A stretch of 64,000 nt of DNA from Oculina patagonica (GCF_052425735.1 NC_135758.1:46252001-46316000), one strand, 5' to 3'. Shown: positions 1 to 12,829, counted from the first letter of the stretch. Numbers and translations are program-made. The notes: a model not told the origin generated them from the letters alone.

Positions 1-444
1 AACTCGACATATAAATATAAATTATCCTTACTCTGGGTTACAAATTGTTCTAATATCAGTTATGAGGATTCAGAAGAACATTAAGACAATCTCTCTTGGT
101 GAACGCTTTTGTTAATTCTTCTCATCACTGGTCTCCTTGACGATGAACTGGAGAGAAATTGTGTAGTCGTCACATTTGAGAATTAAAAAAAAATCGTTAA
201 AAACCGGTAAGAAAGACGAAAGTCTGACAGAATATTTTCCCAGTTATTTATTTTGTACCCCAAGCTTTTCTACACATATTACTCTGGCACAGTGTTTATT
301 TTTTTAATCTAATATATTCGTTCTTACAACAGAGGCAGTAACATATATTTAAACGAAAAGTTTGAGTGATCCTTTCGTTCTCAAGAAAAGAAACGAAAGA
401 ATAATCACAAAACAAGTGTAACAAAATTGAATCCGGCAATGTGA

Positions 445-645
445 ACCTAGTAAATGGCCCAGCTCACAACGAGTCTCTCGTAGCTCAGTTGGTTAGAGTG
501 CCCAACCGGTATCTGGGAGGCCATGGGTTCGATTCCCGTCGGGGACTCAGATTTTTTCTTTGTCACATGCTCGTGTCATGTTGAATACTTCATCTTCACT
601 ATTTATTTAACGAGCTTAAAATTTACCATCTTTATTATTTACTAA
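445..645 (+). mobile_element. tRNA-like (Thr/GGT-like) interspersed repeat, SINE-like
   Basis: A box TAGCTCAGTTGG, B box GGTTCGATTCC and a cloverleaf-like fold at 471-548. Absent from the paralogous site at ~9140. A second copy lies at 15236-15388. Confidence 0.8.
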
Positions 646-1007
646 TAATTTATGTGATTTAAGAACGTTTGCTCCCTTCATGAAGCTTGCATTAAACGGC
701 AACAGAAAACTAAAAAGTGAACTATATTTTTTATACTGCTGCCCGATTAAACAAGTTATTTATTTATTTATTTTTTTTCACAAAAAACTTGTTTTGTAAA
801 CTCAGTACAACTGAAACCCTTCTACTAACAGAGCTGTGACGGTAGCGAGTGGAAAGAAAACGTTTTCAATCTAAAATTTTAAAGGTAACTTTCGGTACGG
901 ATATTGTGTGGTTGTTTTAAAATAACAGTGCCAAGGAAACTGCAAAGCATCCTTACGTATAAATATGCTACTTGGTCGTAACATGGAGTAGGCGACAGCT
1001 GGCAACC

Positions 1008-2521
1008 TTAGAAGTCCTTTGGACGAATCTTCATCTCGGACCTCTTGACAGACTCACTGTTATTCTTCCAGTGTAACCAGCGCATTCCTCGGTCATCGTT
1101 CTTCCCATTGAGGTAAAAACCATTGAGGTTTACATAATGGCAAGCGTTGTACCACCAGCCGCCTTTATACACCAAGGCACAGTGGCGTGATGAGTCGACG
1201 TCATTATCGCGATCCTTGGTGGAAAATGCAGAGCCACGGTGATAAGCAAGAGAATCACCAGCAGTACCTAGGAAACGAAAACAATTAACTTTGTGTGAGC
1301 AAGTTTATTTTGTTTATCTGTTTGTACAGGCCGAGAGACAAAATTTTTCGAAACAAACTTGGGTGGCTTTTCTTCCAAAATAGGTAGATTTGCTGAAAAA
1401 ACGAAGGAAATATGACGTTTCGATACCGCAATTACGGCAAATGTAGTATATTTTCCAGCTCAAAATTTCATTTACAGAATTAATCAACTCAAACGTAACC
1501 TTTACAAAAGTACCGGCTTACCTGAATAACTTCCCAAATTCAGCTGATATTTCGCTCTCCCACTTGCTACAGAAAACGAGCTGTACTCTGCAAATGCTGT
1601 TTTACCATGGATGTCTTCCAAGTCAACGCGAAGCTTGTTACTGCTGCTTACAGTCAGGCGGTGGATCTTGTCTAGTCCGAGCCAAAACTCGCCGTTCAGA
1701 TTGCCGAAGCCTCGTTTGTAGTCATCCCAAGCTCGGAAGAAATCTACAGAGCCATCCCGTCTCTTCTGAAACACCGTCCATCCTCCACCGGCTGTTTTCT
1801 GATCACAGAAGACTTCAAATTCTCCCAAACCATCAGGATCGATTTTGTACACTCCACTGATCTTGTCACCGGACTTGTAAACTTCGGCACAGTTCTTGTA
1901 AACTGAAAATTGTATAATACAGTTAAGAAGTTATCTCTCCTGATCTTGAATCCTTTACTTTTCCTCGTCAATACCAAATTTTCCCCTCTCTATATTAGCT
2001 TGAAAGATAGCATATAGATTTTTTTTTTTATCTACTGATTTTCGATTGTTTAACATTTAACGTTTATTTTAAGTAAATGCAAGCAACGGAGCAATTGATC
2101 ATGAACACCGAGACAAAGGTCTAACCGAAGAAGTTAAAATAAAATGTTAAAAATCATAAATTGGTTGAAATTAATTGATGCTAAAGTTATACTTTAAAGA
2201 AGGAGAACATAGATACAAATATCGCAAGTTAAAAGTTTTAAAAAGTTGAAAGTTGAAATGTTTTTGTTACAAACCTTTTCCACCCGGGCCGCCAGTTTGG
2301 TTTTCCTTCATTTCCCTGATTTCTTGTTTTATTTCAGCCAGCTCTTGTTTTATTTCAGAAAACATGTTTTCGATTTTCTTAGAGTTTGATCCAGCGATGA
2401 AGTAATTGTTCTTGACAGTACACTGGGAATCTTCGGTGGGTGGCTTTGTCGGCAGATTTGAGTTTGCAAGCGCTGCTGTGAAATAACCCAACAGAAGAGC
2501 TTGGAAGAGATATTTCATCAT
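1008..2521 (-). CDS. Secreted fibrinogen-related domain (FReD/FBG) protein, copy 1; exons 2521-2275, 1902-1522, 1267-1008
   Basis: Exon 1 gives signal peptide MMKYLFQALLLGYFTAALA plus a coiled coil. Exon 2 (381 nt) gives VYKNCAEVY...[47 protein letters not shown]. Exon 3 gives GDSLAYHRGSAFSTKDRDND...GGWWYNACHYVNLNG...MKIRPKDF*. Both introns are GT-AG, phase 1, and the frame is preserved. Confidence 0.93.
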
Positions 2522-4606
2522 GGATCGATTTCTGGAACCTCCTTGTTAGAATGGACAGCTACAGGCAGTGAATGATTCAAGAAGACAAAAAAGCAGTTAA
2601 TATATCTGATCTTTGAGATTTTAAACAATACTTTATGCGTGTCAAATTCTATTTAGGAGCGCGCTCGACCATCACCAATCAAATATCTCCACATTTTCAA
2701 TTTGCGTGCCCAACGTCACTTACAGCTTAAGACTCCATGATGTTTAGAATTCATATATTTTACCAGCTTTAAAAAGACTTTTAAGTTAATCAAAGCTTCT
2801 GACTATTGTTTACGTATCGGGAAGAAAACGCACCAGTAATTGATTGAAAAAAACTCAGTAATGCAGTTCAGACACTTAAAAAGCCCATAAGGCCACTTAA
2901 TAGACACCTTCTGTCATTAACTGCTGATGAAATCGTGATACTCAGGATTGGTATGTTTTATCAGCTTTAAAGTTAATTAAGGCCTTTAAATTAAATATAT
3001 TATTACACAACAGAAAAAAGGGTCCTTTGATGACCGACATAATGTATTTGAGTCGCAACAAAACCTAGAAGTTTTCTTAACAGACAATTTACCTCAATAA
3101 CAGCAAATGAGATTGTGAGGTTTGGAATTAATTTATTTAAATCCAAACTTTCGGAGTATCCCACCACGGAATACGAAAAGGGTTTAACTTGACGTTTCAA
3201 AAACAGTAATGCAGGCTACATTAAACGACAAACGACCCCCCTTTAATTTTACTAACCGTAGCTATTGACACCTTACTTAACTAACAGCTAATGATTTCAT
3301 GATGTTTAGAGTTTGTATATTTTATCAGCTTTATAAAATTTTAAGATAATTAAACCTTTGACTATCGTATTTATTGGCGAATTAAAGACGACCAGTAATG
3401 CAGTCGAAATTATTAAAGAACATAAGGGCGATTACTAATCAGACACCTTGTTATTCCGCACGGGTTTTTGTTCCACTGGGTATTAAAGAAAACATTGGTT
3501 TTATCTAACATATTTTTTCTTCTAATAATTTCAATTTTCTGTAAAGATATTGTGAAAGCAACGCTTTGACGCTGCGATTAATTAAAACTGCCAGACTTCA
3601 CATTGAAGTTTTTTGATTTCGTAGCTGACATTAAACGTGATCGCTGTAAATCAGAACGTATCATACCTTTGTATATCCACCTTTCTTGCTATATCACGAA
3701 AAATATCAGTTGATATAACTAATGCCACGAGTACCTTTCCAGTTCGAAGAAAACAACCAGATAAGAAGCAGATAATTTTTCAAAATGTTCTCGACTTCAA
3801 ACAATTGGTGGAATCGAGTTAATTGGAATATTTAGCAATTATTTACCTAAGTGGCGCATATCCACCGCTTTTAAGCATTTATCAAACTTAAAGTGAAATG
3901 GCCGGCTTAAAAATTTATAGCTTTAATCGAATCATCGAAAAACAAAAAAATCTTTTTCAAAGGGGTTTCGACCGAAAACATCACGAGAAAAGTCGCATGG
4001 TAACATCAAACAATTGACCGAAAAATATTTGTTTTGAGTATTGAATGGATTTATGAAAGTGAAAGTTGTTTTTCTAATCGTTTTATTTCGTCATGGCTTA
4101 CAAGTTTTGTTATTACTGTTCCCTGGGCAATGGAGTGAAAATTGCAGTTCTGAAATCTGCCGCTAGAATCTGAGCCTTGAACAAGATGCAAAGAAGATCG
4201 TGAGAACCAAGGGAAAGAAAATCGAATGCTTGGCTGAACCTGACTTTTTTTTGATTTCCTGGAGAAAGAAGAAGAGCTAGAGATTTGGGAAACCACGAAA
4301 CATTTGACATTGATAAGGCGACCAGAATACTTTCAAACATAACTGGAGACGGAGATTAGTTTAGCGGAAATTTTCCAAATCGTATTCCTCGCCCACAGCT
4401 AAAAGCGTATATAAACACGAGAGGATAACGGCTTTATCCCCTCTTGATATAAAGTAGTGTTTCCCATGATAACGAAAAAATAGTGTAAATAGAAACTTTG
4501 GTCAATCATTGCAGTACCTTTCGGGAGAAATATAGTCATCGACAGAAAAAAGAGAATGTTGCTGTTTATCACTCTCTGTATTACGTTCTGCTATAGCGGT
4601 CACCTT

Positions 4607-4808
4607 TAGGGGTGTCGAATGGCCATGGTAAATGTGAGACTTTGCGAGACGGCGAGACTGTTATCTTTATTGCGAGTCAGAGACCTTTTTAAAAAGAAAT
4701 CGAGACTCCGCGACGACGTCAAAGAAAAATTTGAGACGACGAGACCCCTGAAATTTGGCTAAAATTTTGCGAGACAAGCATTTTTTGAAGGACCATTCCC
4801 CACCCCTA
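4607..4808. mobile_element. Small MITE-like element with GAGAC-rich interior
   Basis: Imperfect TIRs taggggtgtcgaatggcc / gaccattccccaccccta; repeated gagac motifs inside; no clear TSD. Confidence 0.45.
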
Positions 4809-7144
4809 CCTCTAATGACAGCTACGTAAACTTAAATGTGAACTGAAACCTAGTAGCTTGAGTTGCAGCTTCAAAGCATAATTTTTGAAGAAATTTTTGC
4901 TATCGAGATAAAAATAATTCAAGGGAAAATGAGTTTTAACCGTGTAACTATTAAGTATGCACAGAAAAACTGCTTACATTCAAGGTATCCATATTTTTGT
5001 TTTGAATTCTGCGGAATCCGTATTCAACTATGAAGGCTCAGTTTTTAGCGGCCATTCCAAAACTGCAATTCTCTCGCTCCAATCTAAATTAATTTCAGGG
5101 CCAGTAGTAAATTGAAAACCTGTTAACCGTGCATATTAACTAAAATGTTCAAAGTCGACGTACACTGTAAATTCCCTTTGAAATCGACATGGATTTTTAT
5201 GAATCCATTCAACATACCAAACTCGTCGATCGCCAAATGTTGTCAGGTGATTTTCCACGCTTTTCTCGGTCGCGCACACGAAGCATTCTCTTTTGAAAAT
5301 GATTTTTTTTTCGACAAAGAATAAAGCTATAATTTTAGGGCCGACTATTTCACTGGTTTGGTATATATCAAACATTCAAAGCAGATTTTATCTTCATTTC
5401 GGAGAAAAGTGGTGGATATCCACCACTATTAACCTCCACTTCGGCGAACAATTGCATTAATTAAGTATCCCAGATACCACCAACAATTGTTTCAAATCTA
5501 GAATGTTTTGAATATTATTTACTTTTTATTTCCCAACTTGTGCTCGAAGCACAAGTTCTCGCTCGTATGTAAGAGCGCATGGCAAATGCGGTTTTCTCGT
5601 GATATTGAAGAAAAAGCGGATTGAAATAATGTTAAGGAAAATATAGCCATCGAAAGGATGGAGAGAAAGTTGTTTTGCACTAATTAACACTAATTTACAT
5701 TACATCACTAATTTACAGCGATAGCGTTTATTGTCAGCTACGTAAACTTAAATGCATATGTGCCTTTATTGCATTCTCAAAAGGCACCGTTTCACGAAGC
5801 CTTTACTATGAAAGTGAAAATAATTCAAGAGAAAAAATAAGGTTAAAACATGTATGACTTTTAGTGTTCTGGAAACAAGAACTGGTGCAAGATTACTAGG
5901 TGGCTGATGAGTAACTTTATTCAGACACGATAAATTGGTCAGCAGAGCATGTGGGGTCGTGCAATTTTAACTAATTATATAATAAATAACTCGAAAAGGT
6001 TTAAATATATGTACATGATTTAAAGGCACCAAAACAGTTTACATTTTTTATTCGAGCTCTCAAGCAAGATAAATTTCTTTAGATATCTCCTCATTTCCAA
6101 TTTACTTGCCGAAAGTCGCTAACAGCTTAAGATTTCGTGATGTTTAGAATTCTTATATTTTACCAGCTTTAATTTAAAATTGCTTTTAAGATATCCAAAT
6201 CCTTGGATTTACTTCTACGCAATAGAAAAAACACATCAATTTGTGACTAGGAAAACCATTAATTCGGCGATGTTTGGACACGCACCAAAAGTGTTTATTG
6301 CCTTTATAGACTTAGTATAATTTTGCCTGCTTTAGTAACACTTTGAAGATAACTAAAAAAGAACATGAAAACGTTTTCTAACAAATAAGAGAAGACCACA
6401 TCACGCTGTTTTCTTTGAACCAATTAGGAGCCAAACCAAGACCAGTTGCAGTTGGAACCGGCTGATTGGTGAGTTTGATGATGCAAACATACTTGTTCTC
6501 AATAGTGGGAAGGAATAAACATTCTACGTGTTAGTTCGCGATGATTTTATTCTCAGACTCGACATATAAATTCTCCTTACTCTGGATTTCATTTATCCCT
6601 TTTTATTTTAAGGTTTCGATAAAACGCGCGCTCTGATTGGTTGAAAGAGCGTCCTTTATGAGAGTACCAAGGGGTCTGATTTTTGCTTCGGCATTTATCA
6701 CGTGCTTGATTGAACATTTTGCCTTCTGAGAAAATCAATGTTATGACACTTTGAGACAGTTACGCTGAACTTTAAGTAAATATGATAAATTTCATGAGCT
6801 ACCTAGGTAAAAACGTTTCAATCTTATGGATTGCACTAGAAAACTACAATGAACTAAACAGTGCATTACAAAATGCATGCGAAAGCACTGTTTAAACGTT
6901 TACAAAAACTTGACCTCTCAAATTTCTTATATTATGTCCCTTCTCGAGCACGCTCGAAATTTGAGGTTGTTTATAAAATGGAAAGTTCATAAAATTGTGC
7001 AGAATTACGGATTGTAATATTTTCTGGTTTTAAAACATTGCCAAGAAAACTAAGGCAAAAGCACCCTTACTTTACTTATTTTCCGGGGGATAGATACTTC
7101 ACTCCAGTGTGACATACAGCACGCGACACTGAATCTTCAAAATC

Positions 7145-7886
7145 TTAGAAGTCCTTTGGACGAATCTTCATCTCGGACCTCTTGACAGATTCACTTTTAT
7201 TTTTCCAGTGGTACCACGACATTCCTTTTGGGTCGGTTTTCCCATTGAGGTAGAATCCAATAAGGTTTGATTCATGACAGCTATTGTACCACCAGCCGCC
7301 TTTATAGGCTGAGGCACAGTGCAATGACCACTGGTCATTATCGCGATCTTTGGTGCTAAATGATGATCCACGTTGATAGGTGAGAGAATCGCCAGCGGTA
7401 CCTGAAAAAAAAAAAATTCAAAATAAACATGTGTCAATACTTTTATCTTTGTTTATCTGTTTGACCAAGGAACTAATTTTTCCGAAACACCGTAGGGCAT
7501 AAATGGCATTTCTTCCAAGAAAAGGGAATTGTCGAAAAAAAAAGTAAATATAATATTCAGATGTCACAATTAAATGTAGCACATTTCGCAGTGGCAAATT
7601 TCAACCATTCACAGAAGTAATAAAATCAAACTTATCAAAGGTAATGGCTCACCTGAATAACTTCCCAAACTCAACTGATATTTCGCTTTCTCACTTGCCA
7701 CTGAAAATGAGCTATACTCTGCAAATGCTGTGTTACCATGGATGTCTTCCAAGTCAACACGAAGCTTGTTACTGCTGCTTACAGTCAGGCGGTGAATCTT
7801 GTCGAGTCCGAGCCAAAACGTGCCATTCAGATTGCCGAAGCCTCGTTTGTAGTCATCCCAAGCTCGGAAGAAATGTACAGAGCCAT
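7145..7886 (-). pseudogene. FReD copy 2, 5'-truncated (exon 3 7401-7145; partial exon 2 7886-7653; exon 1 absent)
   Basis: Near-identical to copy 4 (22669-23415), including the intron and 3' flank. Homology stops abruptly at 7886 inside exon 2, and no exon 1 lies upstream. It carries NLNG>NLIG and YHRG>YQRG changes. Confidence 0.88.
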
Positions 7887-8258
7887 AGAAGGGATGATGT
7901 TCACCGCACGGTAATAACATTACATTATCCCTTCTCCGGTGGGGTCCGCAGGTAATTTAAACCAAAAGGCCGGGTCGCTAAGCTATTTTCAAACGCTTCG
8001 TGCACGGATCACACAGTCAACGCATGTTTCAACGGCTCTCGATGGAAAAGCCTTGTGACATTTGCAAGCTACATTTGCTCCTTGGCGGTCGTATTTATCA
8101 GATGAAGCACAGAAATGGTTAAAGCAACTATCGGCGGTGCTCTGGGCGAAAATTTGGGGCGATCGGAGCCTTTGGGGCGAATTTATGGCTGAATTCCTTC
8201 AGTCGATCTGCTGGCCTTCGGCACTCGAGTGCCCTACCTTGAGGAATTATATATAGAG

Positions 8259-8603
8259 AGGAAACCAGCGAACCTAAAACCCACTGGAATCGCTACAAAA
8301 CGCCCCCAAACGGCATAGAAATACAAGATTTACATAGAAGAGGATAGGTTAGTCCATTTTATCGGATATTGTCCCTTTATTTTGAATTATTTTTTACGAT
8401 CGTTATATTCCCATACAAACCCTTATAATGATAGGAAACCAGCGAACCTAAAACCCACTGAAATGGCTTCAAATCGCCTCCAATCGGAATAGAAACACAA
8501 GATATAGACAGAAGAGGATAGGTAAGTGAATTTTATTGGATATTTTTCCTCTATTTTGAATTAATTTTTACGATCGTTATATTCCCATACAAACCCTTAT
8601 AAT
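8259..8603. repeat. Two-copy tandem repeat, ~174-bp unit
   Basis: aggaaaccagcgaacctaaaaccc...cgatcgttatattcccatacaaacccttataat at 8259-8429 and 8433-8603. Confidence 0.9.
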
Positions 8604-8811
8604 AACGTTATTACGCAATGTCATATGTGGTCTATATGTTAACGGCTCCTTTAGGAGCTTGGGCTACCTGTGACCTCACCAGTGATTGTAAAAAAACGTC
8701 ATGGAACGATTTCTATAACCTATCAGAAGCGGATTGTTTCATAAAATAATGTGAAAGAAAATAATCTTATCTTATCGCACACGGTAGCAAGGTAACAAAA
8801 GTAACAAGCAA

Positions 8812-9520
8812 TTTTAATCTTCTCAGCACTGGTCTCCTTGACGATGAACTGGGGAGAAATTGGGTAGTCGTCACATTTTAGAGTTTTAAAAAATCGTTAA
8901 AAATCAGTAACAAAGAAGAAAGTCTGACAGAACATTTTCCCAGTTATTTATTTTTTTTATTTTGTACCCCAAGCTTTTCTACACATATTCCGCTGGCACA
9001 GTGTTTATTTTTTTTAATCTAATATACTCTAACATATATTTAAACGAAAAGTTTGAGTGATCTTTGAGTGATCCTTTGGTTCTTTAGAAAAGAAAAAGTT
9101 ATCTTAAAACAAGTGTAGCAAAATTTAATCCGGGAATGTGAAAGAGAAAAAATAATTTATGTGATTTAATAACGATTGCTTCCTTCATTTAGCTTGCATT
9201 AAACGTCAACAGCAAACTAAAAAGTGAACTAAAATATTTTATATTGCTGTCCGATTAAACAAGTTATTTATTTATTTATTTTTCACAGAAACCATTTTTG
9301 TAAACTCAGTACAACTGAAACCCTTCTACTAAGAGAGCTGTGACGATAGCGAGTGGAAAGAAAACGTTTTCAATCCAAAATGTTAATAGTAACTTTCAGA
9401 ACGGATATTGTTTGGTTGTTATAAAATAACAGTGCCAAGGAAACTGCAAAGCACCCTTACGTATAAATATGCTACTCGGTCGTAACATGGAGTAGGGGAC
9501 AGCTGGGAACCTTAGAAGTC
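8812..9520 (-). pseudogene. Ghost FReD unit: 3' flank plus only the final GAC TTC TAA of the gene
   Basis: Aligns to 111-1016 up to ...ccttagaagtc, then jumps to sequence homologous to ~5640 (atatagcca.cgaaa.gatg.agagaaagtt). Confidence 0.75.
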
Positions 9521-9857
9521 CATATAGCCACCGAAACGATGAAGAGAAAGTTATTTTGCACTCTCTATGATATGTTCTGATTTACAGCAATCGCGTTTAA
9601 TGTCAGCTACGTAAACTCAAATGTGAAATCTGTCAACCTTTATTGCAGCCTCAAAGGTTGCCTTTTGACGAAGCCTTTACTATGAAAATGAAAATAATTC
9701 AAGAGAAAAACTAGGGAAAAATGTATGGCTTTCAGCATGCTGGAAACAAAAACTTGTGCAAGATTGCTAGGTTGCTGTTGAGAAACTTTATTGAGACACG
9801 ATAAATTGGTCATCAGAGCTGGTGGGGCCGTGTAATTAGAACTAATTATAAAATAAA

Positions 9858-10475
9858 TTACCGTACCCAAATTCGCAAGTAGCCAATCAGAAGCGCGATC
9901 TACTGTCCTGATATCCTACGATATCAAGCCACTGATCTGATATGCCACCATAGCACGGTCACTTTGAAGTAAAGTAGTGTTACTGTACGATGAATTGAAA
10001 AAAGATTTTACCAATAAAACAGAAAATCGTAATTTAAATTTAGCGGTGTTTAGCGGTCGTAAAAAGAGAAAAACTTTCCCGCCAAAACTAAACTTGAGCG
10101 CGCTCGCCAATTGCGTGATGTTTGCCGACGAGTACTGAGACATTCAGAGACTGAAAATCTAAACAAACGAGTGAAAAAACGGCAGAACAAGACTGACTTG
10201 GTAAAAGTGTTGAAGACCAAGTCAACACAATTAGCAGTACGTACCTTGCAAGCATGGCTTCAACAGAGCGATAAATATCACCGGATTTTTGGCTGAATTT
10301 GGGTACGGTAAATACCTAATCGTACCTTTTTGGTACGCTTCGGCTGCATAACAGGCTCGTTTGGTCTCGCCATGGGTATTTTGGCTCGACTGCGTCTCGC
10401 CAAAATACGAACCATGGCTCGACGAAACTCGCCTGATATGCCGCCGAAGCGTACCAAAAAGGTACGATTAGGTAT
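9858..10475 (+). mobile_element. Non-autonomous fold-back element, possibly Crypton-derived
   Basis: Absent from paralogous sites (~5985, ~16140). Inverted pair ttaccgtacccaaattc 9858-9875 / 10295-10312, a 164-bp fold-back at 10312-10475, and a degenerate peptide TKSTQLAVRTLQAW. Confidence 0.55.
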
Positions 10476-11452
10476 AATAACTATAAAAGTTGAAATGTAT
10501 GTATGTAATGTATGTATGTGATTCCAAGACACCAAAAAAGTTGGAGCTTTCAAACAAGATAAATTTCGCATGTTCAATCCCATTTTTAGGTATCTCCGCG
10601 TTTTCAATTTACGTGCCGTGTGTCACTAACAGCTTAAATTTTCGTGATGTTTTAAATTCGTATATTTTACCAGCTTTTAAAATGCTTTTAAGATAACCAA
10701 AGCCTTTGATTATTTTGTCACCTTTCTAAAAGCTTTAAAGATAACTAAGGCCTTTGAATTATCGCATCACGGAATTGAAAAAAAGGAGCAGCTGATGACG
10801 GCGCTAAAAATTGTCCACAGAGAAGAAAGTCTGAGACAATAGTTTCCCAAGTTATTTATTTTCATTTTGTACCCCAAGCTTATTCTTCACATTTTCTCTT
10901 GGAACAGTATTTCTTTTCTATTATATTCGTTTTCACAACAGAGGCCGTAAGACATAGTTAAACTGAAAGTTTGCGTGATCTTTAAGTGATCTTAGGGTTT
11001 TCAAGAGTAAAGAAAAAATGATCACAAGGCCATTATAACAATTTTTACTGAGTTCGGCAATGCGTGAAAGAAAAAAAAATAAATTATGTGATCTAAGAAC
11101 TTTTTTTTTCTTCGTGTAGCTCTCACTAAAATGTTGCAGAAAACTAGGCAATGAACTAGAAGTTATATGTTATTATATGGCTGTTCAATTAAACCACTTT
11201 TTTACATAAAACTTTGTTTTGAAAACACAACAATCCTGCTAAGATACCTGCAGTGGTAGCTAATGGAAAGAAAAATGTTTTCAGTACAAAATATTAGACA
11301 CTATACATTAAAACTACTTTTACAGACGAATATTTGAGGTTGTTTTAAAATAACAGTACCAAGGAAACTACGGCAGAAGCAACCTTACATTTATTTGTTT
11401 TTAAGCTAAATGTTACTCAATCGTAACACGGAGTACGCTGTAGGCGGGAATC

Positions 11453-12747
11453 TTAGAAGTCCTTTGGACGAATCTTCATCTCGGACCTCTTGACAGACTC
11501 ATCGTTATTCTTCCAGTGGTACCAGCGCATTCCTCGGGTATCATCCTTCCCATTGAGGTACAAACCATTCAGGTTTGAGGAATGGCAACTGTTGTACCAC
11601 CAGCCGCCTTTATAAGACAAGGCACAGTTGGATGACCACTGGTCATTATCGCGATCTTTGGTGGTGAATGCTGAGCCACGGTGATAGGTAAGAGAATCGC
11701 CAGCGGTACCTGAGAAATGAAAAACAATTTAGCGTTAAATGGTGTAAATAAGTTAAATTCGTTGATCAGTTTGTACAGACCGAGGAATTAATTTTCCGAA
11801 ACAAACGTGGTTGGCGTTTTCCTTCAAGAAAGGTAATTGCCGAAAGTTCGAGGCAGCTGCAAACTTCATTCACAAAAAAATAATGTCAAACTTAACAAAG
11901 GTACTGGCTCACCTGAATAACTTCCCAAATTCAGCTGATATTTCGCTCTCTCACTTGTCACTGAAAACGAGCTGTACTCTGCAAATGCTGTTTTGCCATG
12001 GATGTCTTCCAAGTCAACGCGAAGCTTGTTACTGCTGCTTACAGTCAGGCGGTGGATCTTGTCGAGTCCGAGCCAAAACTCGCCGTTCAGATTGCCGAAG
12101 CCTCGTTTGTAGTCATCCCAAGCTCGGAAGAAATCTACAGAGCCATCCCGTCTCTTCTGAAAGACCGTCCATCCTCCACCGGCTGTTTTCTGATCACAGA
12201 AGACTTCAAATTCTCCCAAACCATCAGGATCGATTTTGTACACTCCACTGATCTTGTCACCGGACTTGTAAACTTCGGCACAGTTCTTGTAAACTGTAAA
12301 TTGTACATCAGTTTTAACATTTTAATAGAACCTGCTTTAGAGTCAAAAGCTTGCACTTAACAATAAAGCAGTTAAAACAACAGTATCTCGGACGACAAGA
12401 AATCACTGGAGTTTCAAAACGTTTTTATATTAGTACAAACCTTTTTCTCCCGGACCGCCAGTTTGATTTTCTTTACATTTCCCGATTTCCTGTTTCAATT
12501 CGGCCAGCTGTTGCTTCACTTCAGAAATCATGTTTTCTATTTTCTTGCAGTTTGGTCCAGCGAAGAAGCTGTTGTAATTGTGGTTGTTATTGACATTACA
12601 CTGGGAGAATTTCGGTGTCGTCAGCTTCCTCGTTGTCGACCATGACAGAAATGTTGGTGTCGTTGGCTTCCTCGTTGTCGACAGAAGTGAGTTTGCATGC
12701 ATCGCTACAAAAGAACTCATCAGGAGAGCTCGAAAGAAATACTTCAT
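11453..12747 (-). CDS. Secreted FReD protein, copy 3; exons 12747-12441, 12293-11913, 11709-11453
   Basis: Signal peptide [18 protein letters not shown], Thr/Pro-rich linker, coiled coil, 381-nt exon 2, and exon 3 [46 protein letters not shown]...KDF*. GT-AG introns, open frame. Confidence 0.93.
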
Positions 12748-12829
12748 TGTGGATCGACGCTTGTAAATATTCGTCAGTATAGAGCACCAACAGGCTACAA
12801 ACAGCGAATGAATCCACGAGACTCCAAAA

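Noticed and set aside
471-548. Functional tRNA-Thr gene
   Set aside because: Bulged acceptor stem, C at position 33, anticodon-stem mismatch, a second decayed copy, and absence at the paralogous site indicate a repeat.
1564-1860. Plus-strand ORFs recurring over each FReD exon 2 (also 7644, 11811, 23161, 29058)
   Set aside because: Antisense shadows of the conserved exon; they recur only because the exon is duplicated.
10278-10607. ORFs on both strands with mirrored peptides (also 56325-56516 and 62794-63085)
   Set aside because: Artefacts of palindromic fold-back elements.
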